This document shows positions 46,685 to 57,589 of a DNA stretch of 64,000 nt, piece after piece (position 1 is the stretch's first letter; each line of letters starts with the position of its first letter). Source of the DNA: an uncultured virus (IMG/VR IMGVR_UViG_3300009158_000043). Taxonomy: Duplodnaviria > Heunggongvirae > Uroviricota > Caudoviricetes. The translations under genes and the position numbers were made by a program. The notes beneath the pieces were generated by a model, which saw only the letters and a program-made list of their open reading frames with translations, was not told the origin of the DNA and searched no databases. Location of the stretch: IMG/VR virus record IMGVR_UViG_3300009158_000043. One strand, written 5' to 3'.

Positions 46685-47495
46685 CCGATTTCATCGCTAC
46701 AAAGTGAGTGATAAAATTCTTACCATATTCAACATTTGGTAATCCTCGGATGATATCGAAACCTGCATTTTTGAAGATGCTCATGATTTCTTGGTATAGG
46801 GTGACACGATAGTTTTTATCTTTAGTTATCGTACGCATTGCATTAAAATGCCATTCAACAATTACTAATCGAATATTTGACCAGTCTTTAACTGATTTGA
46901 TTAATTCGTATTCGGCACCTTCAACATCCATTTTTATGGCAGTTGCACCAGAGCTTGTAATTGCATCATTGATATTGATTGCCGGAACAGTAATTACGTC
47001 GCGACCTTTTACTGGAAGGATTGAGTGTTTGCCGGAGTCAGATGAAATAAAGAAATCGATTGATGTTTCGTTATTTGGAACAATTGCTTTTTGTACAAAT
47101 TCACAAGTTCCTTCAACATTATTTACTTTCACATTCTCTAATGCAAAACTTACGTTATGTGGAAGAGCCTCATATGAAATAATCTTTTTGATCTTTGGAA
47201 ACTGTTTTGCCATACGAATTGCAAAGAATCCTAAGTGACCACCAACATCTAACCACGTATCTTCACGATTAAGTGAATGGTTTACATTTAACGGTGCTCC
47301 CATTCTTTCTGAAACGAATGGTTTAATATACTCGCCACTGTTTGGGCTTTTTGAAACGTTTGTTCCTACATTATACTTGACTTCATTAAGTCCTTTTCTA
47401 ACATAAAATTTAAAATCAGAGTATTGGGTTTTCCAATCAACTAATTCAAGTTGGTCAAATTTTTTGGCAGTTGTAAAATCTATTCTAGTGTCCAT
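46674..47495 (-). CDS. FkbM-family SAM methyltransferase
   Basis: WLDVGGHLGFF, YEA, IKMDVEGAE, VEWH. Confidence 0.88.
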   Translation of the reverse strand: MDTRIDFTTAKKFDQLELVDWKTQYSDFKFYVRKGLNEVKYNVGTNVSKSPNSGEYIKPFVSERMGAPLNVNHSLNREDTWLDVGGHLGFFAIRMAKQFPKIKKIISYEALPHNVSFALENVKVNNVEGTCEFVQKAIVPNNETSIDFFISSDSGKHSILPVKGRDVITVPAININDAITSSGATAIKMDVEGAEYELIKSVKDWSNIRLVIVEWHFNAMRTITKDKNYRVTLYQEIMSIFKNAGFDIIRGLPNVEYGKNFITHFVAMKSDEK

Positions 47496-47610
47496 ATTAA
47501 AAATTAAGTGTTTACTTATTGTACTGTGCAGCTCAAATCGGTTTTGATTAGTTTACATATTTATGCTGTTTTACTTTACATATTATACTATTTTTCTGGC
47601 TAATCTAAAA

Positions 47611-47637
47611 TAAAAAAGGAGCATTTGCTCCTTTTTA
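47611..47637. terminator. Bidirectional terminator-like hairpin
   Basis: AAAAAGGAGCA-TT-TGCTCCTTTTT. Confidence 0.75.
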
Positions 47638-47884
47638 CTTTATAGTACGTTAAGTGATTTTTCTTTAGGTCTTTTCTTTCGAGTTATATCTTCTGCTTTT
47701 GAGCTTTTCTTTTTGATGGGCGCGATCTTATGTACTTCTGATGTTGGATATCGTTCACTTTTTGAGCCACACATTACTATGTATTCACCACTTAGTCCAT
47801 TTACTCCAATTACTTTACCGATTTTTCCTTTTACTTCGACTGGATCGCCAATTTTAAATTTGATCTCTTTAGCTTTACCTTCGT

Positions 47885-49483
47885 TTACGCTAGTTCCTTT
47901 TTTTTTAATAGATCAAGACGAATAAATTCTTCTTTTAAATTATTGATTGTTTTTTCAACAGATTCTCTAATGTCTTCAAGTTTGTTGATACTTTGAGCAT
48001 CAAGATCAGTATTTGCACAAGACTCAGTTAATTTCTTAGCTGCTCCTTCTAATTTTTCGATATCTGCTAGGATAACCTTTTTTTGTTCTTCGATCTTCAT
48101 AATCTCAGCAACTTCTTTGTTGATTTCAGTTCCGAAAATAGGGCTAATATCGTAATTAAATTTAGTTTTAAAGAACTCAAACATTTCAAGTTCATTTACT
48201 TCATTCCATACTCTATCAGAAGTATTTACTTTTTCACAGATGAAGTATTTGTCATTTAATTTAACAAGTACAGCTTCTGCCAGTGTTCTATCATTTGAAA
48301 TTTCTTTAATAAAATCAAAATTGAATAGACAATTTGTATTTTCAATAATCTTTGAAACTTTTGTTTTAACGACATTGTTCTCTAGTGCTAGAGCTTCAGA
48401 TACATTTACTGCATTTGGAGTTCCGATTTTTGAACCATTTACATACAAGTCAACTCCTTTTTCTTCGTTTACTTTGAAACCAAGTTTAAAGTTTCTGATT
48501 GATTTTGATTCGACACCAAGACCATCGTCAGATTTAGCAAAACCTAGAGTTGCATATGCTTCACAAAGATCGTAGAAATTACCATACGTTGTTTTTACAT
48601 AATTTGGGTCAACATCCGCAATTTTGAATGCTCCGTCTAAATGAATTTTTGATTCATTTCCAGCTAATCCTTTAGCTTCACGAATTGATAAAAAACGATT
48701 GTCAGTATAAACAATTAATCCGTCAGCTGTTTGCACGGCTGGAGAAACTAGGTTGTTTATTTTAGTATCGAAGTTGCCTTCACCTAGAGTAAAATTTCCA
48801 GTTTGAGCGGATTCGATAATTGAAAGGTCATTAATTAATGCAGAAACTGCAGGAACAGATGTTCCGTATTTGACCTTAAGAATATCTGCTGTATAACTTT
48901 CGTCAATCAGCATACGTTTTAAGTCCGAACTTACACCTGCATAAATTGCAGAGTTTAATGAATCCATTTGATAGATTGTATTTAGTACTGCAAGTTTTGA
49001 TTGGTTTTCGTTTACATATTGTTTTACAGAAGCAACGCATTTTTTAATAGTTACATCGTAATTGTATTGTTCAAACATGTTAATAAATGATGCACAGACT
49101 GCAAAATCTACTGCACCTTTGTTTAAATATGATTCAAATGAATCAATTTTAGTCTTAACTAATGGATTACAGTATGCGTTAGATTCTTTAAGTAAATTGA
49201 TTTTAGCTAAAAGATTTACTTCTTTTGCAATAGTTGTAACTTTTGCGTCCGGTGTGTTTGCACTTTCGTCAAATTTAGTTAGTAGGGTACTTAACTCAGG
49301 ATTTTTAATCGTTTCGTTAATATATGCTAGTCCAGTTTTAAGATTTGCACTAACCAACGCAACGTTTTCTCCTAATGCAATCGATTTATTTGCGGATTCG
49401 ACTATCATCTTTACTAATGGCTCAGAGCTCACAGACTTATTAGAATTGAGGTCGGCTAGCATTTTTTGCAAGAATTCGTTCAT
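47885..49483 (-). CDS. Hypothetical structural protein with coiled-coil C-terminus
   Basis: 532 aa; ATAAATAA upstream. Confidence 0.8.
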   Translation of the reverse strand: MNEFLQKMLADLNSNKSVSSEPLVKMIVESANKSIALGENVALVSANLKTGLAYINETIKNPELSTLLTKFDESANTPDAKVTTIAKEVNLLAKINLLKESNAYCNPLVKTKIDSFESYLNKGAVDFAVCASFINMFEQYNYDVTIKKCVASVKQYVNENQSKLAVLNTIYQMDSLNSAIYAGVSSDLKRMLIDESYTADILKVKYGTSVPAVSALINDLSIIESAQTGNFTLGEGNFDTKINNLVSPAVQTADGLIVYTDNRFLSIREAKGLAGNESKIHLDGAFKIADVDPNYVKTTYGNFYDLCEAYATLGFAKSDDGLGVESKSIRNFKLGFKVNEEKGVDLYVNGSKIGTPNAVNVSEALALENNVVKTKVSKIIENTNCLFNFDFIKEISNDRTLAEAVLVKLNDKYFICEKVNTSDRVWNEVNELEMFEFFKTKFNYDISPIFGTEINKEVAEIMKIEEQKKVILADIEKLEGAAKKLTESCANTDLDAQSINKLEDIRESVEKTINNLKEEFIRLDLLKKKELA

Positions 49484-49549
49484 TGTGGTAATGATTTATT
49501 TTAGTTTATTTATCTGACTTTTAGAGCAGATATTCATAATTTCCGGGAT

Positions 49550-51526
49550 CTATTTAAGACCCTTTCCAGCATTTGTTGAATTTGGGGAAACACTTTGTGG
49601 CAAAGATACTCCGAATTTATTAACTACTGGTGAGACTGCAGTCTTCTTAATAGCAGTATGTGGAACAACTGCAGTTGCTGTATCTTTAACTAATGTATTT
49701 GCTTTAATCTCATTTAGAGTAGATTGAAGCTGAGACATGGCATTTCCTTCTTCTTTCGCAGTAGCGATTGCAAGGTCAATATCTGATTGTTCAGTTGCTT
49801 TTCTCCATTCTCCAGTATAAATTAAAGTCTCTGTTCCATCCTGCCCAACTGATATTAAATAGGCAGTTCTATTTTGTGCCTGTAAGATAGCTTCACTATC
49901 CTTTTTTGAAACAGTAAATGCAATTACACCAGTTGAAAGATTTTCAATTTTGGAATTATTCATGTTTGTGATAGGAATTTTACCACTATCTGTTTCAAAT
50001 ACAAGTCGATATTTTGCAGAATTTATATTTAAGTCCAACGGAACTTGTGTAACTTTGCTGCTTGATGTATTTGTTGTGTATACCTTTAATTTGATGATAT
50101 TATCGAATGGTGAAAGAATAAATCGAAGTTTTCCTTGGGAGAAGATTACTTCTTCTAGGGAGTCTTTTGTTTTAATTAGGGAACTTACATTCGATATAGA
50201 TATGCTACTATTATTGAAAAAGATCGGCACATATTCAGTCTGAACAACTTTGCTTACTGCAGTGATTTGTGCAGGAATATTCGTATTAAGTTTAGGCTCG
50301 CTAAATAATTTACTTGCCTCAAAGCTCTTCTTGATAATTTTATTGTACACCTTTTGAGATTGTGGCTTATCCTGTAATGGCAGAGTGATTAACTTCTTAC
50401 CATATTTCTTTGGAGAAATTAATGAGAATGATGCTTCACGGATAATTTGCTCACCATTTGAACGGTTAGTTAAACGTGCAAGATAATCAATCGACATACT
50501 TACTGCTTCATTTGCATTTCGCAATACTGGTCTAAATGTATTTGGTTCATCAAATCTTTCCTCTTGGAAGAAGACAAACCGTGCAGTATTATTGAAACGT
50601 GTGCCGACTTGTTCAAATACGCTAATTTGATGAATGATTATCCAGTCATTTGCTGGATTTCGTTGATTTAAAATGCTAATTAAATCTGATGGGAAACCGG
50701 CATTGAATGTCATATAGAATTCAATAAAATCTCCGTCTATCGCTTCACTGATATATGCACCAACATTGTCAAATTCATTGCTTTGTGAAAGCGGTGCTTC
50801 GAAATATTCAGTTACCTCAAAAGTATCGTATGTCACACCGGCATTTGTGTATAGAGTTTTACGTCTTCCGCATTCTCCTAGACCAATTGAGAGTTGATTG
50901 TTGTATATGAATCCAGTTGACCCGAGTGCATTTGGCGTAATTGCGGCAACAAAGGTTGATGCTGGGACAAGTGCTGTTTTATAATCCTCGTTAATATTCT
51001 TAATGGATGGAACCATAAGATCAATATATCGATCATACGTTGCATTCGCTAAGAATAGTGGCTTTGGATTGAAACTAATTAATTGAGCAATTGTTTCTGG
51101 TGCAAGTAGAATATTTGCAAACAGGTTTGACTTGCCGTCATTTTCTGAGTGTTTAATACTTAGAATTAGAGCTTTGAAATTATCAAAATCAAAACCTGCA
51201 ACAAAATGGAATCTAACTTGATCCATTACAACATTATATCCAGTGATTGGAGTCTGTGTGATTTCAGCATCATATGCTAAATAGTTCGGTATCTTCTCGC
51301 TATCTAAATAAGCGAACGTATTATTGCCAATAGGAACGACTGTTAAATCTTGGATATTCTTAGTAGATGAAAATGAACTATCACTATTTAAGATCTGATG
51401 TGAGTCAGTATGATTATTTTGGAGTAATACAAATGAATCTGTATAAAAATCCAATGACCCTAATTGGTCAAACATGTATTCGACAACACAATATGATGTT
51501 AAATTTACGAATCTACTTTTTCTCAT
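49550..51526 (-). CDS. Hypothetical structural protein
   Basis: 658 aa, beta-rich, in the morphogenesis block. Confidence 0.8.
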   Translation of the reverse strand: MRKSRFVNLTSYCVVEYMFDQLGSLDFYTDSFVLLQNNHTDSHQILNSDSSFSSTKNIQDLTVVPIGNNTFAYLDSEKIPNYLAYDAEITQTPITGYNVVMDQVRFHFVAGFDFDNFKALILSIKHSENDGKSNLFANILLAPETIAQLISFNPKPLFLANATYDRYIDLMVPSIKNINEDYKTALVPASTFVAAITPNALGSTGFIYNNQLSIGLGECGRRKTLYTNAGVTYDTFEVTEYFEAPLSQSNEFDNVGAYISEAIDGDFIEFYMTFNAGFPSDLISILNQRNPANDWIIIHQISVFEQVGTRFNNTARFVFFQEERFDEPNTFRPVLRNANEAVSMSIDYLARLTNRSNGEQIIREASFSLISPKKYGKKLITLPLQDKPQSQKVYNKIIKKSFEASKLFSEPKLNTNIPAQITAVSKVVQTEYVPIFFNNSSISISNVSSLIKTKDSLEEVIFSQGKLRFILSPFDNIIKLKVYTTNTSSSKVTQVPLDLNINSAKYRLVFETDSGKIPITNMNNSKIENLSTGVIAFTVSKKDSEAILQAQNRTAYLISVGQDGTETLIYTGEWRKATEQSDIDLAIATAKEEGNAMSQLQSTLNEIKANTLVKDTATAVVPHTAIKKTAVSPVVNKFGVSLPQSVSPNSTNAGKGLK

Positions 51527-51529
51527 TTC

Positions 51530-52321
51530 TTATTTGTTTCTTTTGAGTGCTTTAAATTTATAGTAATATCCAACTCCAACTTCCTGGTTAGTATTTGCAC
51601 TAAATATGATATTATGTTGACTTGCAATACTGATTCCTACTCCAATTCCGATGCAACCAAATGTTGAGGATTTTAGCGGTTTCATATAATTACCACCAAC
51701 AATGAGTTGAAAAGTTCGATCAACCGTCGGTACATATTTGTCTGGCGGTAAACTATTTACTTGAAGTGAATCTATGAGTAACCATTCAGGACCGACAATT
51801 CTGTGTTTCCATAATCCAGTCTTTTCTTCGGTAACAACTATCTGAATTGGCAGTTTACCAAATGACCAATTACCGCGATACGCAGCGGTCTTTTTATTTA
51901 CAAATCCATCCCATTTAATAAATGGGTCCTTTTCTGCAGGATATTTGAGTGCAATATCAATTTGATTAGAATCTGTTGGATTAAATTTACCGAATCCTTC
52001 TTCAACCGATCCTTTGAGTGAAATAACAGTCGATGTTAAGCTTAATATTTTTTCTCCCTGTGACTTAACTACTTTATACAGATCAGTATTTGAATTTTTT
52101 AATTCGGTATTTAGATCTTTTTCACTCTTATAATAATCGACTAATTTAGAATAATTACCATCAGATTCTTTTATTAAAATATTTGATGCAAGAATTGAAC
52201 GTTTTAATTCATCTGCTTGCCCGATTGAATTCTGACGAATTCCTTCTATTCTCCATGCCATAAAAATTAATAATAGGATAAGAATTCCTATAGAAATTAA
52301 GTAAAATTTGTCTTTATTCAT
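51530..52321 (-). CDS. Membrane-anchored protein
   Basis: N-terminal TM, coiled coil, C-terminal beta strands. Confidence 0.75.
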   Translation of the reverse strand: MNKDKFYLISIGILILLLIFMAWRIEGIRQNSIGQADELKRSILASNILIKESDGNYSKLVDYYKSEKDLNTELKNSNTDLYKVVKSQGEKILSLTSTVISLKGSVEEGFGKFNPTDSNQIDIALKYPAEKDPFIKWDGFVNKKTAAYRGNWSFGKLPIQIVVTEEKTGLWKHRIVGPEWLLIDSLQVNSLPPDKYVPTVDRTFQLIVGGNYMKPLKSSTFGCIGIGVGISIASQHNIIFSANTNQEVGVGYYYKFKALKRNK

Positions 52322-52553
52322 TTGTTTGTATTATTTCTAGAAGATCGTCTTGAGTAAGAGGTCGATCTAACTCTGCTTCTATCTTATTTATTACGATTTT
52401 TTCAGCCTTTCGAGTATACTCTAATTCTTGGCTAAGCATGGATTGACTATTTGCAAGATCCTGGGCAAGACGGTTAAGCTCAGCCATGTCTTCATGTATT
52501 CGACTGTATGTTGAATATACACGTTTTAATTCTTTATTGTATTGCGTTATCAT
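52314..52553 (-). CDS. Hypothetical coiled-coil protein
   Basis: 79 aa, coupled to its neighbours. Confidence 0.7.
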   Translation of the reverse strand: MITQYNKELKRVYSTYSRIHEDMAELNRLAQDLANSQSMLSQELEYTRKAEKIVINKIEAELDRPLTQDDLLEIIQTNE

Positions 52554-54178
52554 TATTCGACTATTTTTACGTCAAGTGTTCCACTTAACAAGTATTCTAT
52601 TCTAGCAAGACGTGATTCGATATCGCCAGTATTCATTGAACCTGAGGTAGCTGCTTGTCCAGCAGATTCAGTCGGTGCACTTGTCGCTTTTGCAGGACTT
52701 TCTGCCTCAGGCGATTCAGATTTTACTTCCTTCGCAGTAACAGGTTCAGTCTTTTTATCAATCGGTTCTGCAGGTAACTGAGCTTTTACTTCTGGTGCTT
52801 TTGCTGCAGGTAATGCCGGTTTTGTTTTTACAACCTCAGTTGATCCAGTCTTATCTGCTGCGCCTTTCTTAGAGGCAGATACATCAAATCCTGCATACTT
52901 CTTAAGTAACATTGCATCACTTGAACTAATATTATTTGTAGTAGATTCAGCAGATTTAGATTCGCTGCTTTTTTCAATATTTTGTTCTTCCTTATTAGTT
53001 ATCTCATTAACTGATGAATTAGTAGAAGAAGTTGATGTTTTTGAATCAGCTGAACTCTTGTTATTTTCAGTATTCTTTGAAGTTGAGATATTATTAATTG
53101 TTGAACTTGCGGCACCTCCGACAGCTGTCGGCACATTGACTGAAACACCAGTATATTTTTTAAGTAGGGCTGCATCGTTTGTACTAAATGAGCTGGTTGT
53201 CTTTTCAGCAGAGATATTATTAGTAGTTACGTTATTTGTTACCGTTTCCTTTGATGAATTTACTGGGCTTGGCGCTGCTGCTGGTTTCGATTGTGTAGCA
53301 GGCGGTGCAGCAGTCGGAGTAGTCGGCTTCTCAGCTGGTGCAGGAGAAGCTGGTAATTTAGATGCAGCAGATTCAACATTTACTACAACTGCAGGCGCAC
53401 CTGTTTCTGGACCCTTTCCGACTTCCTTTGGCAATTCTGATTTGCCTGCAGTAACAGTACCAGTAGTTGTTTCTAATGGAGTTTGTGCTGATTTTTCCGG
53501 ATTTAAAGCTGATGCAGGTTTAGACTTCTCAGATTTTGTAGTGTCATTAATTGGTGCAGAGCCAGCAGGTTTTGGTGTTTCTGTAGCATTTACTGGAGAG
53601 CTTGGAGTTTCAGGAGTAGCATTACCGGATTCAATAAATGCATCGTATAGTGGAGCAACTAATCCGCCAGGTAAATTATATAAAATAATTCCTTCGCTCA
53701 GATCATCAAGTACAGTCTCAAAATCACTAAATATTTTATAGTCAGATATTTTTTGTTTGACTTGGGCCATCTTAGCCAGAGCAGATGACATAAATAACTT
53801 GAGCCATCCTTCTCCGCCAAGTTCCTTTAATCGTATGTACTTGGTCTTATTTACTGGCTCATAAAAATTCTTGTGTAATATTTTATATTCTGCTTTTCCT
53901 GGACTGTCCTTTCCGGCAAGATTTTCAAGAATTACTGGAGCAAATCCTTCAGGCATAACTTCAGATCCGCCAGCTTCTGGATATACCCATGCAAATAATT
54001 CACCAATCGTTGAGAACGATACCTGTGGCTTAGAAAAACTTAGTGAAATCGGGTCAGTTAATTTGATCGCTTTTTGTCGAGCTGCAGTATACTGTGCAAT
54101 CTTTTCATCTGATTGTTTAATCAGGTCATCTGCCTTTTTATTAAAGGCGTCGACAAATATTTTTTTCTTTTCTAACAC
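52553..54178 (-). CDS. Ser/Thr/Pro/Ala-rich protein, possible tail hub or tape component
   Basis: 541 aa low complexity; follows baseplate-hub-like genes. Confidence 0.7.
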   Translation of the reverse strand: MLEKKKIFVDAFNKKADDLIKQSDEKIAQYTAARQKAIKLTDPISLSFSKPQVSFSTIGELFAWVYPEAGGSEVMPEGFAPVILENLAGKDSPGKAEYKILHKNFYEPVNKTKYIRLKELGGEGWLKLFMSSALAKMAQVKQKISDYKIFSDFETVLDDLSEGIILYNLPGGLVAPLYDAFIESGNATPETPSSPVNATETPKPAGSAPINDTTKSEKSKPASALNPEKSAQTPLETTTGTVTAGKSELPKEVGKGPETGAPAVVVNVESAASKLPASPAPAEKPTTPTAAPPATQSKPAAAPSPVNSSKETVTNNVTTNNISAEKTTSSFSTNDAALLKKYTGVSVNVPTAVGGAASSTINNISTSKNTENNKSSADSKTSTSSTNSSVNEITNKEEQNIEKSSESKSAESTTNNISSSDAMLLKKYAGFDVSASKKGAADKTGSTEVVKTKPALPAAKAPEVKAQLPAEPIDKKTEPVTAKEVKSESPEAESPAKATSAPTESAGQAATSGSMNTGDIESRLARIEYLLSGTLDVKIVE

Positions 54179-54200
54179 AGACAGTTATTCTTTTTATTAT

Positions 54201-54410
54201 TTATTTTAGAGATAGCCCTTCTGGTAAATTAACACGAAGTGGTTGCGCAGCGACTTGCGTTTCCTGTGAGATAGTATCGTTTGCGGCCTCAATATCTTTT
54301 TTAAGTATATTTAACAGCAATGAATATTCCAAGTATTCTAAATTATAAAGTGTATCTAGGGATTGACCCAGCCGCACCGCCAACCGAGCATTAAGCTCCA
54401 ATAAGTTCAT
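54201..54410 (-). CDS. Small baseplate/tail assembly protein (start uncertain)
   Basis: Overlaps the end of the upstream hub-like gene. Confidence 0.55.
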   Translation of the reverse strand: MNLLELNARLAVRLGQSLDTLYNLEYLEYSLLLNILKKDIEAANDTISQETQVAAQPLRVNLPEGLSLK

Positions 54411-55398
54411 CAAGTCCAGTTGAAATAATGAAAATATCTTTGACAGTGAAGCTTCCTCCCAAAAAAATATGGCTCTCCGTTTGTGTTTTACATTTTTCGC
54501 AAACACTAGCCGCTTTATTTAGGCTGTTTTTTTCAAGTAGATCCGTGAACTTATGGATAACTACAAATTTTGTTTCATTCCAGTCAAGTGAACTCATTTT
54601 TAATTCACTTAATACAGAAAGGTCGATTTTTCTCCAATCACGAAGTAGGTATGGACCATGCGCATAAAATGAATCATCGATTGCAATTCCACGTTCTTGT
54701 TCATCACGACGTTTCTGTTTAAATTTAGCAGACATTCCAATAGTCGGCAAATGAAGTCGAATTGTATCTCCGAGTTTTTCAGATGATATAGAAAAGCATC
54801 TCTCTTCTGACGAGTACCATTTCATTACTTCGTCTGGAAAATGGAAACCCAATAGATTTTTACTTGTGACTTGTGTTTGATTTACATGACCACATTGATC
54901 GTTTGAACATTTAATATATGCCCAAAGCTTATTCTCCTGATTAGGAAAAGTTAATTCATAGATTCTAAATAGAATATGATATTTGTCGACTTCAAGATAA
55001 TCATTGAAGTTCATCGGCATCATCTGGCCTTTAATTTTAAATTTAGTACAGGCATTAAGCACAAAATTTATCTTTTCACGAATATCAATCGGATCAGTTT
55101 CATCGATCGTAGACCAGTGACGAATCTCTTTGGTTTTTGCAGACCTGATTAATAATTCTGCCTTTTCTGGATAGAACAGTCCTCGAGATGGTAGATTTTC
55201 AAGATTTAATATTTTCCATGGAGATTCTTCAGCTGCCGACATTTCAATCATGTTCTGATGACTGGATGCTTTACCTAAGCTGGTCACCTTTGCTGGTTCC
55301 TCTGACTTAACTTCAATCTGCGCGATATTATTTACTCCATACTTAAGATCTTGTTCATTCAGGAAACGTTCTGCTTCTTCTGGATTGACTGTGCTCAT
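54391..55398 (-). CDS. Baseplate hub assembly protein, T4 gp26-like (start moved)
   Basis: LPSRGLFYP, D...ILFRI..LT, CxxxxC and CxxC pairs. Confidence 0.65.
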   Translation of the reverse strand: MSTVNPEEAERFLNEQDLKYGVNNIAQIEVKSEEPAKVTSLGKASSHQNMIEMSAAEESPWKILNLENLPSRGLFYPEKAELLIRSAKTKEIRHWSTIDETDPIDIREKINFVLNACTKFKIKGQMMPMNFNDYLEVDKYHILFRIYELTFPNQENKLWAYIKCSNDQCGHVNQTQVTSKNLLGFHFPDEVMKWYSSEERCFSISSEKLGDTIRLHLPTIGMSAKFKQKRRDEQERGIAIDDSFYAHGPYLLRDWRKIDLSVLSELKMSSLDWNETKFVVIHKFTDLLEKNSLNKAASVCEKCKTQTESHIFLGGSFTVKDIFIISTGLDELIGA

Positions 55399-55482
55399 TA
55401 TATGATATTTTTTTATCTTATATATGCAAAAAAGCAACTGGTTCTAAAATCAGTTGCTTTTGCTAATTAAAATATGATAAAC

Positions 55483-55956
55483 TTATGAATTGATAAATTG
55501 TGAGAATGACATTACATGAGTAGATGTAGATTCGTAGACTCGTTCAATTGTCTCAGGATAAACTTCCTGTATTTCTAACGTTTTTGGATTCTTTATATAG
55601 ACTTGGATCGAATTGTTTGTATAATCAGGAACAATTTTATGTAATTTGCCAACTACCGATACTCCATTTTCATGGTCAAGCATCGAGTTTACGATAACAC
55701 CTCTAATTCTGTCACCCGGTTTATAAAATAACTTTAATTTACTAACTGCAATATCAAAATCTGTATATCCCTTGTCTCCCTTAATTGATAAGTCAACGAA
55801 TGCTTTTTGAGATATTGAAATACCTGGTGTAAATTTACTACGACCTACTGTGAAGTTAAAATCTCCCTTGGTTCCATAAAATGGAATTCCTCGAGTAAAA
55901 TCTCCTCGAGAAACAAGTGGTGATATATTATTTTCGTTAACGTTTTCCATTACCAA
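55483..55956 (-). CDS. Hypothetical protein
   Basis: 157-aa ORF. Confidence 0.75.
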   Translation of the reverse strand: MVMENVNENNISPLVSRGDFTRGIPFYGTKGDFNFTVGRSKFTPGISISQKAFVDLSIKGDKGYTDFDIAVSKLKLFYKPGDRIRGVIVNSMLDHENGVSVVGKLHKIVPDYTNNSIQVYIKNPKTLEIQEVYPETIERVYESTSTHVMSFSQFINS

Positions 55957-56351
55957 GCAAGTGGAATTCCTCTCTTTTTATAACCAACAATTGTATATTC
56001 TCCGCCCGGGTCAGCCGATGTTCCATCAGATTCACAGAAGTCAAATTTCTTTAAGTATACGTTAATTACTGGAAATTTCAGAAGATATGCAACTGGATAA
56101 ATTGGTGCATCTGCATCCTTATTATCGATTCCCCAGATTTTAACATATTCAGCTGAGACACTTGATAGATCTACAAATTCAACTTTAAATACTGGACCTT
56201 TTGCAAAGCCATATTGTTGAAGTTCTCCAATTTGTTGATAACCTAGAGTGGTTGGTGCGCCGGCTGGAGCACGTTTATCTGTACTAATAAAAGTTGGTTC
56301 GTAATTTAATTGATTTACCAGAGTAATTAGCTCTGCTCCAGTGTGCATCAT
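55950..56351 (-). CDS. Hypothetical protein
   Basis: 133-aa ORF. Confidence 0.75.
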   Translation of the reverse strand: MMHTGAELITLVNQLNYEPTFISTDKRAPAGAPTTLGYQQIGELQQYGFAKGPVFKVEFVDLSSVSAEYVKIWGIDNKDADAPIYPVAYLLKFPVINVYLKKFDFCESDGTSADPGGEYTIVGYKKRGIPLAW

Positions 56352-56366
56352 GTGCGTTTTATTTTT

Positions 56367-56909
56367 TTATATCGACTGTCCAAATATTACTAGAGCAGAT
56401 ACTCTAACATTATATAGCAAGTTAGTATTAATGATCTTTATCTTATTTATTAAGTCTTCTGCCTTATTTGACTTCGGATTTGTAAAGATCGTAAAAAGAT
56501 CATATAATGGATATTCAGTAGCAGTTAGAGTGTCAGTATTCTCCAGAGATATTTTTACTGATTTGTTTACTAATTCAATCGTTTCACCATTCGTGTCATA
56601 TGTTGGATAAATGATACGAAGCATTACTCCTCTAGCATATAATTTACCGCTTTCTAATTCGCTACTAGGCGAAAGTATACTCGTTTGATTATCAAAGATT
56701 GTAATATCTCCGCCATTCATTTCAGCAGTAAGACCGATACATGTGTACCCGTCCACTGGAAAAGCAAAATCGCCAATGCAGAACTCACCATGTGTAGCTT
56801 TACCATCGACTACCCGAAAGCATTTATCGTCGAATAGTTGCAAGATTGGCTGGTTTTCATAGCCGCCACAATCGTCGCATACATCATTTAAGTTACCAAG
56901 TGTCATCAT
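56367..56909 (-). CDS. Hypothetical protein
   Basis: 180-aa ORF. Confidence 0.75.
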   Translation of the reverse strand: MMTLGNLNDVCDDCGGYENQPILQLFDDKCFRVVDGKATHGEFCIGDFAFPVDGYTCIGLTAEMNGGDITIFDNQTSILSPSSELESGKLYARGVMLRIIYPTYDTNGETIELVNKSVKISLENTDTLTATEYPLYDLFTIFTNPKSNKAEDLINKIKIINTNLLYNVRVSALVIFGQSI

Positions 56910-57589
56910 TTTCCAAGTATTTTTTTCATCTTATTGCTAAGGCCCATCTTCTGACGTTGATTGGGCGCCAGGTGAGGATTTTGAGTAGGTGTACTCGGTA
57001 AAACTGGTGGCTCAACAGGGTGGATTGGAGTTTCAACTTTTACTTCTTCAATTTTTTCTGGAGCAACAATTTGTTCAGATACTGGTTCTTCAATTTCTTC
57101 TGGTTTAGCTGGCTCAATATTATCTATTCCATCATACTTAATAAAAAAATGCAAACACGTAAGTGAAATTATTGGAAGTAATCCACCTTCGATTAATGCT
57201 AACCATCGGCGCTGAGCTATTGCATTTGATACGTCTGCGCCAATCATATCAAATGCTGGAGCAGTAAGATCTGACCAGTCTTTAAAACTCTTGGTTGTAA
57301 CATCAATATCCGAATAACAGAAGTAGATATTGCCTATAAATTGTATAAATGTTACTAAAATGAATACAAACCATACTGAGAAACCTTTAATTCGAACAGA
57401 GGCTGCAGAAATTGCAGACATTGCCGCTATTTCAATCGCAACAGAAAGATATATTGCCCAGCTGGTTGGATTTGCTAGATCATACCAGCTAATAACATGG
57501 GAAATAGAAACAATCATCACTAGGATGATTGGAACCAAGAACATTCCACGGATAACTCCGCGCTTATTTAATTTGATCCACTCTATCAT
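56906..57589 (-). CDS. Multi-pass membrane protein
   Basis: Four hydrophobic helices; SISHVISWY. Confidence 0.75.
   Translation of the reverse strand: MIEWIKLNKRGVIRGMFLVPIILVMIVSISHVISWYDLANPTSWAIYLSVAIEIAAMSAISAASVRIKGFSVWFVFILVTFIQFIGNIYFCYSDIDVTTKSFKDWSDLTAPAFDMIGADVSNAIAQRRWLALIEGGLLPIISLTCLHFFIKYDGIDNIEPAKPEEIEEPVSEQIVAPEKIEEVKVETPIHPVEPPVLPSTPTQNPHLAPNQRQKMGLSNKMKKILGK

Noticed and set aside
43589..53741. Long antisense ORFs such as 43589-44173, 46197-46742 and 53058-53741
   Set aside because: They lie opposite well-supported genes and are explained by codon bias.
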